DNA of 56,652 nucleotides. Source: Chlamydiales bacterium (GTDB lineage: Bacteria > Chlamydiota > Chlamydiia > Chlamydiales > JACRBE01). The notes below the pieces were generated by a model. It searched no databases. It saw nothing but the letters and a program-made list of their open reading frames with translations, and was not told the DNA's origin. Positions 10,327 through 20,967 of the stretch are shown here, piece by piece. Numbering within the stretch: the stretch's first letter is position 1; each line of letters opens with the position of its first letter. The position numbers were made by a program, and so were the translations under genes. Where the stretch lies: positions 1 through 56,652 of the forward strand of contig JACRBE010000047.1 in NCBI GenBank assembly GCA_016213235.1, written 5' to 3'.

Positions 10327-12028
10327 GAGTTTAGTTCATATTCACAACCTTACTAAATCTTTTTCACTTACATCTCCACCTGCATTAAAAGACATCAATG
10401 CAAGTATTCCCAAAGGGCAAATTGTAGGGTTAGTCGGCCCTGATGGATCAGGAAAAACAACACTTATTAGACTCCTTGCAGCGATACTTCTTCCTACAAG
10501 TGGCAGTATTACGATCGGAGGTTACGATACCATAAAAGATGCAGAATCTATCCATTATCTAACAGGCTATATGCCACAAAAATTTGGTCTTTATGAGGAT
10601 TTGACGGTTTTACAAAACCTCACACTTTATGCTGATATTAGAGGAGTGATTGGTGAGGAGAGAAAAGAGAGATTTGAAAGATTATTACAATTTACCGGGT
10701 TAGTGCCATTTAAAAAAAGACTCGCAAGAGCACTTTCCGGAGGAATGAAACAAAAACTTGGACTGGCATGCGCGTTAATTAAAAAACCGGCGCTGCTTCT
10801 GTTAGATGAGCCTAGTGTCGGTGTAGACCCTATATCCAGACGTGAGCTTTGGACCATGGTGCATGAACTACTAAAAGAAGATATCTCTGTCCTTTGGAGT
10901 ACAGCTTATTTAGATGAAGCAGAGAAATGTGATACTACATTTTTGCTGAGTGAAGGAAAGCTTCTTTATCAAGGAGACCCAAAAGAGTTAACAAAACAAG
11001 TAGAGGGACGCATTTTTAAAATTGGAACAATTGAAGGAGATAGAAGAAAACTACTTTTTGAATTGCTAAAAGACAAAAATGTAATCGATGGTGTAATTCA
11101 AGGACAAGACTTGCGCCTTATGCTAAAGGATAAGACGCAGGTCAGCAAATTCAAGCAACAAAGCTTTCAACTAGAGTCTATACCACCAAGATTTGAAGAT
11201 GCTTTTGTAGATATGCTGGGAGGGGGACCGGGGGGGTGTTCGGCACTTGCAGATAGAGCGCCAATTGTTACACAAACATCAAATCATGTTATTGTTGCAG
11301 AAAAACTCACTAAAAAATTTGGAGCATTTACTGCTGCAGATAAGATCTCTTTTGCTGTTAATAAAGGAGAGATTTTTGGACTACTTGGTCCAAATGGTGC
11401 TGGCAAATCTACCACGTTTAAAATGCTGTGCGGTCTGCTTAGACCAACGGAGGGAAAAGCATTTGTAGGTGAATTTGACCTACAAAAAGCGCCTGGTGTT
11501 GCAAGATCGCATATTGGTTATATGGCGCAAAAATTCTCCTTATATGGGAATTTAAGCATCAGACAAAATCTCGATTTTTTTGCAGGTATTTATAATCTGC
11601 AAGGAAATAAAAAACAGCTTGCGATAGAGGAAATGATAGAGACGTTTAATCTTGAGGCATATCTTCATGCTCGTGCAGAATCCCTACCGCTGGGATTTAA
11701 ACAGCGTCTAGCTCTTGCTTGCGCTAACATGCACCATCCACAGATATTATTTCTTGATGAACCAACATCTGGTGTGGACCCACTTACCCGTCGTGAATTC
11801 TGGAACCATATTAATGGCCTTGTGGGAAAAGGTGTGACAATCATGGTGACTACACATTTTATGGATGAAGCGGAGTATTGCGATCGAATAGCTCTTATTT
11901 ATCAAGGTAAAATAATTAGCATAGATACACCAAATCAACTGAAGGAGAATGCTAAATCTGTGCAAAACCAAAATCCAACATTAGAAGATGCTTTTATAAA
12001 GGTGATTGAAGACTATGATAAAAAATAG
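10319..12028 (+). CDS. ybhF: ABC transporter ATP-binding protein with two NBDs (YbhF-like)
   Basis: GPDGSGKTT and GPNGAGKST Walker A motifs, LSGGMKQ, LLLDEP/LFLDEP. Confidence 0.9.
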   Translation: MGESLVHIHNLTKSFSLTSPPALKDINASIPKGQIVGLVGPDGSGKTTLIRLLAAILLPTSGSITIGGYDTIKDAESIHYLTGYMPQKFGLYEDLTVLQNLTLYADIRGVIGEERKERFERLLQFTGLVPFKKRLARALSGGMKQKLGLACALIKKPALLLLDEPSVGVDPISRRELWTMVHELLKEDISVLWSTAYLDEAEKCDTTFLLSEGKLLYQGDPKELTKQVEGRIFKIGTIEGDRRKLLFELLKDKNVIDGVIQGQDLRLMLKDKTQVSKFKQQSFQLESIPPRFEDAFVDMLGGGPGGCSALADRAPIVTQTSNHVIVAEKLTKKFGAFTAADKISFAVNKGEIFGLLGPNGAGKSTTFKMLCGLLRPTEGKAFVGEFDLQKAPGVARSHIGYMAQKFSLYGNLSIRQNLDFFAGIYNLQGNKKQLAIEEMIETFNLEAYLHARAESLPLGFKQRLALACANMHHPQILFLDEPTSGVDPLTRREFWNHINGLVGKGVTIMVTTHFMDEAEYCDRIALIYQGKIISIDTPNQLKENAKSVQNQNPTLEDAFIKVIEDYDKK

Positions 12029-13181
12029 CCTCTCTAATGAACTTGTAAAACAAGGGCGACTCGGAAGATATCGCAGATTGAAAGCCCTTATAAAAAAAGA
12101 GTCTCTCCAGATTATTAGAGACCCAAGTAGCCTGTTAATTAGCGTCTTTTTACCTCTATTACTTCTTTTTATATATGGTTTTGGAGTCTCTTTGGATATC
12201 AATCATCTAAAATTGGGACTTGTGTTAGAAGACACTGCTCCAGATGCGCAACGCTTTGCAAAGTCGCTAACAGATTCTACTTACTTAGATGTAAAAATTG
12301 TGCGAGATCAAAGAGCTCTGATGGATGATCTAATAAGAGGATCCATTCGAGGATTTGTTGTGGTACCATCTTATTTTTCTCAATTTAGACATCGACAAGA
12401 TGTCATCGCTCCCATTCAGGTAGTGGGAGATGGAAGCGAGGCTAATACGGCAAACTTTGTGCAAAATTATGTACAAAGTGCTTTTCAAAATTGGCTTGTC
12501 CAAGAAGCTATTACAGGTAATGTAAAAGGATTATCGCTCATTAATATGCAACCACGCTATTGGTATAATGAGCAGTTGGAAAGCAGATACTTTCTTCTCT
12601 CGGGAGCTCTAGCAATCATCATGACACTCATAGGCGCGCTTTTAACAGCACTTGTAGTAGCAAGGGAATGGGAGAGAGGCACGATGGAGTCGATGATATC
12701 TACAACAGTTGGAATCGGTGAGTTAATTTTAGGAAAAGTTATTCCCTATTTTGTCTTAGGTATGTTATCGATGGGCATTTGTGTTTTCATAACAGTATGT
12801 GGATTTGGATTGCCCCTGAGAGGGTCATTGTGGCTTCTTGCTCTAGTCTCCGCTGTATTTTTATTTTGTTCACTAGCTCTCGGAATGATGATTTCTACTA
12901 TTGCTAAAAACCAGATTTTTGCTTATCAAATAACACTGATAGTAGCCTTTTTACCTGCATACATGCTCTCAGGATTTCTTTTTGAAATCTCCAGTATGCC
13001 AATATGGATACAAACACTAACCTATATTATTCCGGCAAAGTACTTTGTTCAGTGTCTTCAAACCCTTTTTCTAGTCGGTAATATCTGGAGCTTAATTTTT
13101 TTTAATATGATTCCTATGATTATTATAGGGGTCCTTTTTTTTACAATTACTACTTTTAAAACAGTGAAAAGGTTGGAATAA
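12015..13181 (+). CDS. ybhS: ABC-2 permease (YbhS-like)
   Basis: KESLQIIRDPSS, VVAREWERGTMES. Confidence 0.85.
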   Translation: MIKNSLSNELVKQGRLGRYRRLKALIKKESLQIIRDPSSLLISVFLPLLLLFIYGFGVSLDINHLKLGLVLEDTAPDAQRFAKSLTDSTYLDVKIVRDQRALMDDLIRGSIRGFVVVPSYFSQFRHRQDVIAPIQVVGDGSEANTANFVQNYVQSAFQNWLVQEAITGNVKGLSLINMQPRYWYNEQLESRYFLLSGALAIIMTLIGALLTALVVAREWERGTMESMISTTVGIGELILGKVIPYFVLGMLSMGICVFITVCGFGLPLRGSLWLLALVSAVFLFCSLALGMMISTIAKNQIFAYQITLIVAFLPAYMLSGFLFEISSMPIWIQTLTYIIPAKYFVQCLQTLFLVGNIWSLIFFNMIPMIIIGVLFFTITTFKTVKRLE

Positions 13182-13182
13182 T

Positions 13183-14292
13183 ATGTATTATCGGATCTTA
13201 TCACTGATTTGGAAAGAGCTTCTCACTGTACTCAAAGATGCAAAAATTCGTATATCGATTTTAGTTCCTCCCATTATTCAGCTCTTCATTTTTACTTTTG
13301 CAGCAACTCTAGATGTAAAAAACGTCACTATTGGAATATTAAACCGAGATAATGGCGAGCAAGCTTTTGAACTGATAGAGAGGTTTTATGGGACAAAGAT
13401 CTTTAACCATGTCATCTTCTTAAAAGGAGTCGAAGAAATCGGTCCTTTTATTGATCATCAAAAAGGACTCCTGGTCCTCTCTATTGATGAACAATTTTCT
13501 CGCAACCTGGATGCGGGAAAAGAGTCGAGTGTACAACTCATTTTAGATGGAAGAAAAACAAATACCGCACAAATTGTTGCCGGATATGCAAATTTGATTG
13601 TTAATCAATTTAATGCTGATTTTTGTGCACAAGCAAATATCCATCAACAAAATGCAAAAATCATTTCAAGAACATGGTTCAATCCAAATATCTTATATTA
13701 TTGGTATAACATTCCATGTCTTGTAGGAGTATTATCCATGCTCACTTGTTTAGTCGTAACGACACAATCTGTAGCAAGAGAAAGAGAACTGGGAACATTT
13801 GATCAGTTACTTGTATCGCCGCTTGTCCCTTTTGAAATATTGGTAGGAAAAATTATCCCAGGTATCATCATCGGTATGCTGGAGGGATTGATGATGCTCA
13901 CTATTGGAGTGTTTATATTGCAAGTGCCTTTTACAGGGTCTTTTTTTCTTTATATGTTTAGTCTATTTGTATTTGTATCATCTATTAGTGGTGTTGGGTT
14001 GTTTATCTCTTCGTTATCTACAACGCAGCAACAGGCCATGCTCGGTACCTTTGTATTTATGATGCCGGCTGTATTGCTCTCCGGTTATGCAACACCAGTT
14101 GAAAATATGCCCACATGGCTTCAGCCATTTACTAACATCATACCACTAAAATATATGCTTATTATTTCCAAAGGGCTTTTCTTAAAGGCAATGCCGCTTA
14201 ACATTGTACTTAGTAATGTTTGGAAGATGTTTGTTATTGCTATTTTTACCATTGCAGGAGCCGGATGGTTCTTTAGAAGAAGGCTGGAATAA
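13183..14292 (+). CDS. ybhR: ABC-2 permease (YbhR-like)
   Basis: FAATLDVKN, SVARERELGTFDQLLVSP, SGYATPVENMP. Confidence 0.85.
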   Translation: MYYRILSLIWKELLTVLKDAKIRISILVPPIIQLFIFTFAATLDVKNVTIGILNRDNGEQAFELIERFYGTKIFNHVIFLKGVEEIGPFIDHQKGLLVLSIDEQFSRNLDAGKESSVQLILDGRKTNTAQIVAGYANLIVNQFNADFCAQANIHQQNAKIISRTWFNPNILYYWYNIPCLVGVLSMLTCLVVTTQSVARERELGTFDQLLVSPLVPFEILVGKIIPGIIIGMLEGLMMLTIGVFILQVPFTGSFFLYMFSLFVFVSSISGVGLFISSLSTTQQQAMLGTFVFMMPAVLLSGYATPVENMPTWLQPFTNIIPLKYMLIISKGLFLKAMPLNIVLSNVWKMFVIAIFTIAGAGWFFRRRLE

Positions 14293-14302
14293 GGGGAGAA
14301 TC

Positions 14303-15787
14303 ATGATAAAATTACAAAAATGGTCTTTTATAGTCTTACTTGGTCTGCTTTGTGGATGCATGGTAGGACCTAATTACAAGCCACCAGAAAATACCGTATC
14401 AGATCATTGGACAGCTTCTTCCCTTGTTCAAGATATGATGTCTAGTGATAAACTAGTGACACAGTGGTGGGATATCTTTCAAGATCCTTTATTAAATAAA
14501 TATATTCAGCAAAGCATAGAGCATAATAATGACATATTAATGGCAGAGGCTAATATCTTAGAGGCAAGAGCAATAAGACAAATAGCAGCATCGAGCCTGT
14601 TTCCTCAAATTTTTGCAAATATCAACGCAACAAAAACATATTTTAGTAAAAATGGGCCTGTGTTTGCAATTGGCAGTGCTACAGGAAATACGCAAGCAAA
14701 TTCAGGGCTTCCCTTTGCGGTTCAGGTTCCTCAGATCCAAAATTTATTCAATGCTCTTTTTGATGCCTCATGGGAAATCGATTTATTTGGTAAAACCAGA
14801 AGAACTGTGGAAGCTGCAAGTGCTATGATAGGTAGTGCTATAGAGAGAAAAAATGATGTGATGATTTCTGTGATGGCAGAAATTGCTAGAAACTATATGG
14901 AAGTAAGAGGTTATCAGCAGCAATCTCTATTAGTAAAAGAAAATATCCAGCTGCTTGAACAAAAAGCAATCATTATTCAAAAACAATTGGAGACAGGTTA
15001 TATAAGCCAGATCAATTATGAAAATATAGGAGCAGATCTTGCAAATGAAAGGGCCCTTTTACCTGATATTGAATCACAGATTTATCGAGGCATTTATACA
15101 CTATCCATTTTAACAGGGGCGGTTCCAGAAACACTCGTAGAAGAACTCCTGCCCTTTAAAGAACTCCCAACTATCTCGGAAAAAATCACGGTTGGACTTC
15201 GGTCTGATTTATTGCGTCGTAGGCCTGATGTGCGTCAAAAAGAGCAAGAGCTTGCCGCTGCCACTGCAGGCATCGGTGTTGCTGTGGCCTCTTTTTTTCC
15301 TACTATTTCTTTAAGCGCAGATGGTGGATTTCAGTCGTTAAAAATAAAAAATCTTTTTACGGCAGCTAGTAAAACATGGGCGCTTGGAGGTGGTGCCAAT
15401 ACCCCTCTATTTCAAGGGGGTCGTTTAGTTGGTAATTTAAAAGCTGCGAGAGCTCTTGCCAGTGTTACTTTTTATAGTTATCAGCAAACAGTATTACAGG
15501 CACTACAAGAAACAGAGAGTTCTCTTATTGCTTATAAAGAAGATATAGCAACTTCTGATCAATACAAACAGGCAAAAGATAAAAAACACACACTGGCCTC
15601 CTTATCCAATGAAAGGTATCAAAAGGGACTTGTTAGTTTACTAGATTTACTGGATAGCAAAAGACAACTAAATATCGCAGAGCAACAATTACTTAGTAGT
15701 AATACTGCCTCCTTAATCGATCTTATTACTCTATATAAAGCCCTAGGTGGAGGATGGGAAATAGAAAGTGCGAATACATCGCCTTGA
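14303..15787 (+). CDS. NodT-family efflux outer-membrane lipoprotein (TolC-like)
   Basis: Lipobox LCGC-MVGPNY, SWEIDLFGK, DLLRRRPDV, LYKALGGGW. Confidence 0.92.
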   Translation: MIKLQKWSFIVLLGLLCGCMVGPNYKPPENTVSDHWTASSLVQDMMSSDKLVTQWWDIFQDPLLNKYIQQSIEHNNDILMAEANILEARAIRQIAASSLFPQIFANINATKTYFSKNGPVFAIGSATGNTQANSGLPFAVQVPQIQNLFNALFDASWEIDLFGKTRRTVEAASAMIGSAIERKNDVMISVMAEIARNYMEVRGYQQQSLLVKENIQLLEQKAIIIQKQLETGYISQINYENIGADLANERALLPDIESQIYRGIYTLSILTGAVPETLVEELLPFKELPTISEKITVGLRSDLLRRRPDVRQKEQELAAATAGIGVAVASFFPTISLSADGGFQSLKIKNLFTAASKTWALGGGANTPLFQGGRLVGNLKAARALASVTFYSYQQTVLQALQETESSLIAYKEDIATSDQYKQAKDKKHTLASLSNERYQKGLVSLLDLLDSKRQLNIAEQQLLSSNTASLIDLITLYKALGGGWEIESANTSP

Positions 15788-15822
15788 TCTTTTTTCTAAA
15801 TAACTCTTTGAGAAGATTTCAA

Positions 15823-16452
15823 TTAGCGACGAAGCCTTTTATAGGCATAGATGATAAAACAAATAGCCGCAAGGACAATAAAGAGGGTAATTATATCAAT
15901 GCTGATCTCTACTTGTTCATAGAGATCAAACCATTGTTCATAGAGATCAAACCACTTTCTACCTAAAAAGTAGCCTATAGATAAAAAAGTAAATACCCAA
16001 AATAGGGCTCCCATATAGGCAAAAAGAGCAAAATATCGGAACTTAAGATAAGAAGATCCTGCTGTAAATCCAGTAAAATGGCGGATCCCCGGAATAAAAT
16101 AACCAATAAATAAGGCCCATTTTCCAAAACGCTCAAACCATTGATGGGCTTTGTTAAGCCGTTTTTTTGTTATTCCTATCCAACTTCCATATTTTATCAG
16201 AAGATAATTACCTGCAGTACGACCAAGCACATAACTCATACTTATTCCACATATCGAACCAAATAGAGCCGCTAAAATAGTAAAAGGAATACTTAACTTG
16301 CCATGATGCATTAAAATGCCTGCCAGTATCATCAACGTTTCTTCAGGTACCGGCAGAGCAATAATACCAAGAGCGAGTAAGCAAAATAATACAATACTGC
16401 CATACTCGATTAACCAAGTCGTTAAGGTATTATTATCAGCTAAAATATCCAT
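15823..16452 (-). CDS. DedA family membrane protein
   Basis: LPVPEET and FIGYFIPGIRH motifs. Confidence 0.9.
   Translation of the reverse strand: MDILADNNTLTTWLIEYGSIVLFCLLALGIIALPVPEETLMILAGILMHHGKLSIPFTILAALFGSICGISMSYVLGRTAGNYLLIKYGSWIGITKKRLNKAHQWFERFGKWALFIGYFIPGIRHFTGFTAGSSYLKFRYFALFAYMGALFWVFTFLSIGYFLGRKWFDLYEQWFDLYEQVEISIDIITLFIVLAAICFIIYAYKRLRR
15913..15954. repeat. Perfect 21-bp tandem duplication inside dedA
   Basis: TTGTTCATAGAGATCAAACCA x2, encoding WFDLYEQ twice. Confidence 0.95.
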
Positions 16453-16487
16453 TTGTTAATACCAATAGTCACATGTGTATCTTAAAG

Positions 16488-16880
16488 TTAAGAGCTATAG
16501 TTGTTTAAAACGTTTAATACATTTGTAAAAGCATCATCAATTTCTTGATTAAAGCTAGGGTAAGTATGATTTGCATAATACATTTGGCTTTGAGCAAAAT
16601 GAAAGGTACTGCCAGCTGCCATGATAGTAAATAGTGTTAAAAAAGGATCAAATACCGTCGTCTGTTCATCTTTTGTAAATATGTTTTTATTAGGATCATA
16701 TAATTGCTTAAAGGTACTTAATGCATTAAGAAAATTTAAAAAATCTGGCTGTGGATTATGATAATCACCGTCTTTAAAAGCAGATTCTATACCGTGCACA
16801 GCATCGATAAGCTCTTGAATAATTGGCGATGGCTGCGGTAATTGACTTTGGCTTGGACCGCTAATACCAAATATACCCAT
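16488..16880 (-). CDS. Hypothetical protein
   Basis: 130-aa ORF with S/P/Q-rich N-terminus; AAGGG upstream. Confidence 0.65.
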   Translation of the reverse strand: MGIFGISGPSQSQLPQPSPIIQELIDAVHGIESAFKDGDYHNPQPDFLNFLNALSTFKQLYDPNKNIFTKDEQTTVFDPFLTLFTIMAAGSTFHFAQSQMYYANHTYPSFNQEIDDAFTNVLNVLNNYSS

Positions 16881-17102
16881 AATAACCCCTTTTATTTGCG
16901 TGTTAATTGCAATCTATCAATTAATAGGTGATTTGTCAAAATTATAGTTTCTTTATTTTGTTGTTAACAGTAGTGTTAATTATATAATTATGATGAAAAA
17001 CTCTAATAAAGTTGTAAAAGGAGGTTTGGCTTTTCAGAGTACAGCCTAAAAGAGTTATTAATAGTAGTTGAAAAATATATTTAAATACATGATTCTGTAT
17101 GC

Positions 17103-17717
17103 ATGAAAAACACATATTCACCAAAAGAATTTGGTACATTAATAGGAAAAACGACAAACACGCTTCAGCGATGGGACCGCGCAGGGGTTCTTCAAGCGCA
17201 TCGTTCCTTAACAAATCGTCGCTACTATACACATGATCAATATTTGCAAGTCATAGGTCACAAAGCCAAAGAAAAAAAGCGGGTAGTTTACTGTAGAGTC
17301 TCGAGTATAGGACAGAAAAAAGATCTCATTTCACAGCGCAGTGCTATCGAAACATTTTGCTTGAATGCGGGCAAGGTGATCGATGAGAAATTTGAAGATA
17401 TGGGGTCAGGCTTAAACTATGGAAGAAAAAACTTCATAAAATTAATGGAATTGGTTGAGCAAGGTCTTATTTCAGAGATTGTTATCGCCCACAAAGATCG
17501 ATTAGTGCGTTTTGGATTTGAATGGTTTGAAAAATTTTGTTATGATCATGGGACGAAAATTTTAGTAATGAATGTAGAGTCCACATCCCCTGAAGAAGAA
17601 ATGACAAAGGATTTGCTTTCTATCATTCATTGTTTTTCCAGCCGCTTATATGGGCTTAGAAAATACAAAAAGAAAATTATTGAAATGACGAAAGAACATG
17701 AGAACGATCAAACGTAG
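17103..17717 (+). CDS. tnpA: IS607 serine-recombinase transposase
   Basis: N-terminal MerR-like HTH (TLQRWD..RRYY), YCRVSS catalytic Ser, GSGLN, HKDRLVRFGF, FSSRLYGLR. Confidence 0.93.
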   Translation: MKNTYSPKEFGTLIGKTTNTLQRWDRAGVLQAHRSLTNRRYYTHDQYLQVIGHKAKEKKRVVYCRVSSIGQKKDLISQRSAIETFCLNAGKVIDEKFEDMGSGLNYGRKNFIKLMELVEQGLISEIVIAHKDRLVRFGFEWFEKFCYDHGTKILVMNVESTSPEEEMTKDLLSIIHCFSSRLYGLRKYKKKIIEMTKEHENDQT

Positions 17718-19140
17718 TGTCTTACCCCTCAATCAAAATAAGCAAGCTATGGTAGAGTCCCTTGCGATTGCTTATTGCAAGGAAAAAAAATACTGGTTGG
17801 GAGTTTTGCAAAGCTGGGATTACCAGGCTTTACTAGGGCGTTCCAGAGAGATTCGCGATCAATTTGTAAAAGATGGGTATAAATCTGTTAGAGGTTTGCA
17901 AGCAAGGCATTGGAAATTAGCTTTGGAAGATGCCATCTCCACCTGGGATATGTACTGGCAATCCCTATTCGTAGAAGCGCGCAGGAAAATCCATCAGAAT
18001 AAAAACCTTTCAGAGCAGGCAAGTCATTATGCTTACTGGCTACTCAAAGGCTACAAACAGTTTGCAGCGCTTATGAGAGGAGGAAACCCTCTGCCTCCAT
18101 TCGAAATCGATTCAAAAGATAAGATCGCATCATACGTAAGAAGAGTTATTAAAAAGCTCAAGAAAAAGCCCCCTACTGTAAAAACAACAAGAATTGTCAA
18201 GTTTGATGCAGATTGTTATGAAGTGTTTGAAAAGGAGGAGCGTCAGTATCTTAAGATCATGACACTTGTCAAAGGAAACCGACTTGCACTTCCGCTGGTT
18301 GGTAAAACAAAACTATCAGGTAATATCACCCTGGTTATATCGGACACAAAAATAGAAATCCATGCTACACAAGACTTGAAAAAGAAATCACCACAAAAAA
18401 ATGGCACGATAGAGTCTGTTGATTTTGGATACACTGAAGTCATGACAGATACAGATAACAACAGATATGGAAAACAATTTGGAGAAGTCCTGAGTACTAC
18501 ATCAGACAATCTCTCTGATACGATGAAAAAAAGAAACAAACTGCATGCGATAGCGAAAACAACGAAAAATCCGAGCATAAAAAAACATAATTTGGGGAAG
18601 AAAAAGTTCAATAGACAGATGCAGAAAAACAAAGCTTGCCTTGAAAAAGAGATAAATACTGCAATCAATGAACTTATAAAAGAAAAAAAACCGAATATTT
18701 TAGTCACGGAAGATTTACGCCATGTATTTACATACAATAAATCCAGAAAAATGAATCGGAGACTTTCCGCATGGTTACGTGGCACACTCCAGGATAGAGT
18801 AGAATTTAAAGCATTGGCAGAAGGTTTCTGTCATGAGCAGGTTAATCCGGCCTACGGGTCTCAAATTTGTCCTCATTGCGATTTTGTGGACCATAAAAAT
18901 CGCAACGGGGATAAATTTAGGTGTCTTTATTGTGGACACGAGGACGTAGCTGACAGGGTTGCCGCATTGAACTATTTCAGAAGATTTGCTGATCAAGAGA
19001 TCGGACGATATATGCCTTATCGTGAAGTAAAAACCAAACAATTGGAAAAGTTCCATCGCCGATTGGAAATGGGAGAAATCCCCATGACTGTTCCGGGCAG
19101 GACTCTAGATACCGTTACTTGTGTGAATCCACCACGCTAA
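17698..19140 (+). CDS. tnpB: RNA-guided endonuclease TnpB
   Basis: RuvC-I SVDFG, RuvC-II VTEDL, CPHC..CLYC zinc ribbon, RuvC-III ADRVAALN. Confidence 0.9.
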   Translation: MRTIKRSVLPLNQNKQAMVESLAIAYCKEKKYWLGVLQSWDYQALLGRSREIRDQFVKDGYKSVRGLQARHWKLALEDAISTWDMYWQSLFVEARRKIHQNKNLSEQASHYAYWLLKGYKQFAALMRGGNPLPPFEIDSKDKIASYVRRVIKKLKKKPPTVKTTRIVKFDADCYEVFEKEERQYLKIMTLVKGNRLALPLVGKTKLSGNITLVISDTKIEIHATQDLKKKSPQKNGTIESVDFGYTEVMTDTDNNRYGKQFGEVLSTTSDNLSDTMKKRNKLHAIAKTTKNPSIKKHNLGKKKFNRQMQKNKACLEKEINTAINELIKEKKPNILVTEDLRHVFTYNKSRKMNRRLSAWLRGTLQDRVEFKALAEGFCHEQVNPAYGSQICPHCDFVDHKNRNGDKFRCLYCGHEDVADRVAALNYFRRFADQEIGRYMPYREVKTKQLEKFHRRLEMGEIPMTVPGRTLDTVTCVNPPR

Positions 19141-19326
19141 TCGAGACAAGAAATTGTCACAGCCGGGAGAGTGAAAACTCGCTAACCGGACGGTCCCTCA
19201 GAGAGCGAAACAAAATAAATATGTTTAAATACATTTTTAGGAACAGATCTTCTTGGTTTTTTATGTTTTATCTTTATTTAAATGACCAATCTAAAACTAC
19301 TATTGTTAAAATAAATTATTTGATAA

Positions 19327-19974
19327 ATGGAAATTATGAAAAAACTTCAAATTCTTTTTCAAAATAATAAAGAGTGGGTCATAAGCAAAATTGCCAAAGA
19401 CTCAAATTATTTTCGCCATATGGCACGAGCCCAGGATCCTTTATACCTATGGATTGGGTGTTCGGATAGTCGCGTCCCTGCTAATGAAATTGTTGGCCTG
19501 GAGCCAGGAGAGCTTTTTGTACATCGCAATGTCGCTAATTTGTGTCCCCATACTGATTTCAACTGTCTCTCTGTATTGGAATATGCTGTCGATTTGCTCA
19601 AGATTCAACATGTGATTGTCTGTGGCCATTATGGCTGCAGTGGTGTAAAAGCTGCTATGGAAGACCACCATCTTGGTCTTGTAGATAATTGGCTCCGCAA
19701 CATCCGGGATGTACATGCCCATTTTAAAGAAGAGTTGGAGAAACTCGTAGACCAAAAGGAGAGATTCAATCGACTCGTTGAGCTTAATGTGATGCAGCAA
19801 GTGCTTAACGTTTGCCATACTACTATTGTGCAAAGTGCATGGGAACGTAAACAACCGCTGTGGATCCATGGATGGGTTTACGATATTGCCACAGGTAGTC
19901 TCAAAGATCTTGATTGTTGCTTTTCCAGTATTGATCAGGTAGAAACCATTTATCGGATTCGCTTCCCCAAGTAA
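19327..19974 (+). CDS. can: Beta-class carbonic anhydrase
   Basis: WIGCSDSRVP, FVHRNVAN, CGHYGC. Confidence 0.95.
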   Translation: MEIMKKLQILFQNNKEWVISKIAKDSNYFRHMARAQDPLYLWIGCSDSRVPANEIVGLEPGELFVHRNVANLCPHTDFNCLSVLEYAVDLLKIQHVIVCGHYGCSGVKAAMEDHHLGLVDNWLRNIRDVHAHFKEELEKLVDQKERFNRLVELNVMQQVLNVCHTTIVQSAWERKQPLWIHGWVYDIATGSLKDLDCCFSSIDQVETIYRIRFPK

Positions 19975-20167
19975 AAAATACAGGAAGATTCAAAATTTTA
20001 ATCAAGTCTATAAAAGAAGGGGGTGTTTTTGTGTGCAGCCCTACTTAAGACGGGGGTGTTAAAGAGATAATAAGAAAATTTTTACTAAACCATTAATAAT
20101 AAACAAGTTAAAAACTTAACTATTCTCTTGAATATACGCCTTAACATTTTGTACTTTCTTACAACAC

Positions 20168-20956
20168 CTACCGATTGGAAGAGAGCTCCTTTGCACGATC
20201 ATAAGAAGCTAAAAAGGTATTTATAATCGAGCCTCGAAGAGCTAACTCTTCTAATCTTTTTAATCCTGCAATAGTGGTCCCTTGTGGAGATGTAACTTGC
20301 CATTTGAGTTCTCCCGGATGTTTACATGTTTTCTCCAAAAGAGTAAGACTGCCTTGCAACATTTGATAGATCATGCCCTGAGCATCGTGAGGTGTAAAAC
20401 CCATAGCAATACCCGCATCAATCATCGCTTCTACCATAGCAAAGAAAAATGCTGGACCAGAACTTGCTAAAGCTGTCAATGCATCTATTTTTTCCTCAGA
20501 TAACCAGTATACTTTTCCTAGTAGCTCAAAAGTCTTTGTTAGCTGGTCTTTATCCTCTTTCTTTGTTTGTTCATCAGAGGAGAGGCCAATGACACCTTCT
20601 CCATAAAGAAGTGGAAGATTTGGCATCATACGTACCATACGTATTGCCTGAAAATATTGCTGCAAAGTTTTTATACTTGTTCCTGCTAGCAAACTAATAA
20701 TCATTTGATTCTCTTGTAGTCCTTCTTTGATCAAGGCTGCTGCTTGTTGCAAATCTTGAGGCTTCACTGCAAGAATGATTGTTTCTGAAGAGTGCAATGC
20801 TTCCGTAATATTTTTGCAGGCTATACCATAGCCCTTATGCGCAAGGTCCTTGGCTTTTTCCATACCACGATCGTAGAGAAATAGCTGATTTGTCTGTGAT
20901 AAACGCCCAGCTAAACCTCCACCCATGTTCCCACATCCAATAATTGTAATTCTCAT
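20168..20956 (-). CDS. proC: Pyrroline-5-carboxylate reductase
   Basis: IIGCGNMG, AVKPQ, RMMPN, SGPAF, VTSPQGTT. Confidence 0.95.
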   Translation of the reverse strand: MRITIIGCGNMGGGLAGRLSQTNQLFLYDRGMEKAKDLAHKGYGIACKNITEALHSSETIILAVKPQDLQQAAALIKEGLQENQMIISLLAGTSIKTLQQYFQAIRMVRMMPNLPLLYGEGVIGLSSDEQTKKEDKDQLTKTFELLGKVYWLSEEKIDALTALASSGPAFFFAMVEAMIDAGIAMGFTPHDAQGMIYQMLQGSLTLLEKTCKHPGELKWQVTSPQGTTIAGLKRLEELALRGSIINTFLASYDRAKELSSNR

Positions 20957-20967
20957 ATAAAAATCCT

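Larger units (their letters stand above)
17030..19246 (+). mobile_element. IS607-family element (TnpA + TnpB); boundaries approximate
   Basis: Overlapping tnpA/tnpB; near-identical 18-mer AAATAT(A/G)TTTAAATACAT at 17073-17090 and 19217-19234. Confidence 0.85.
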
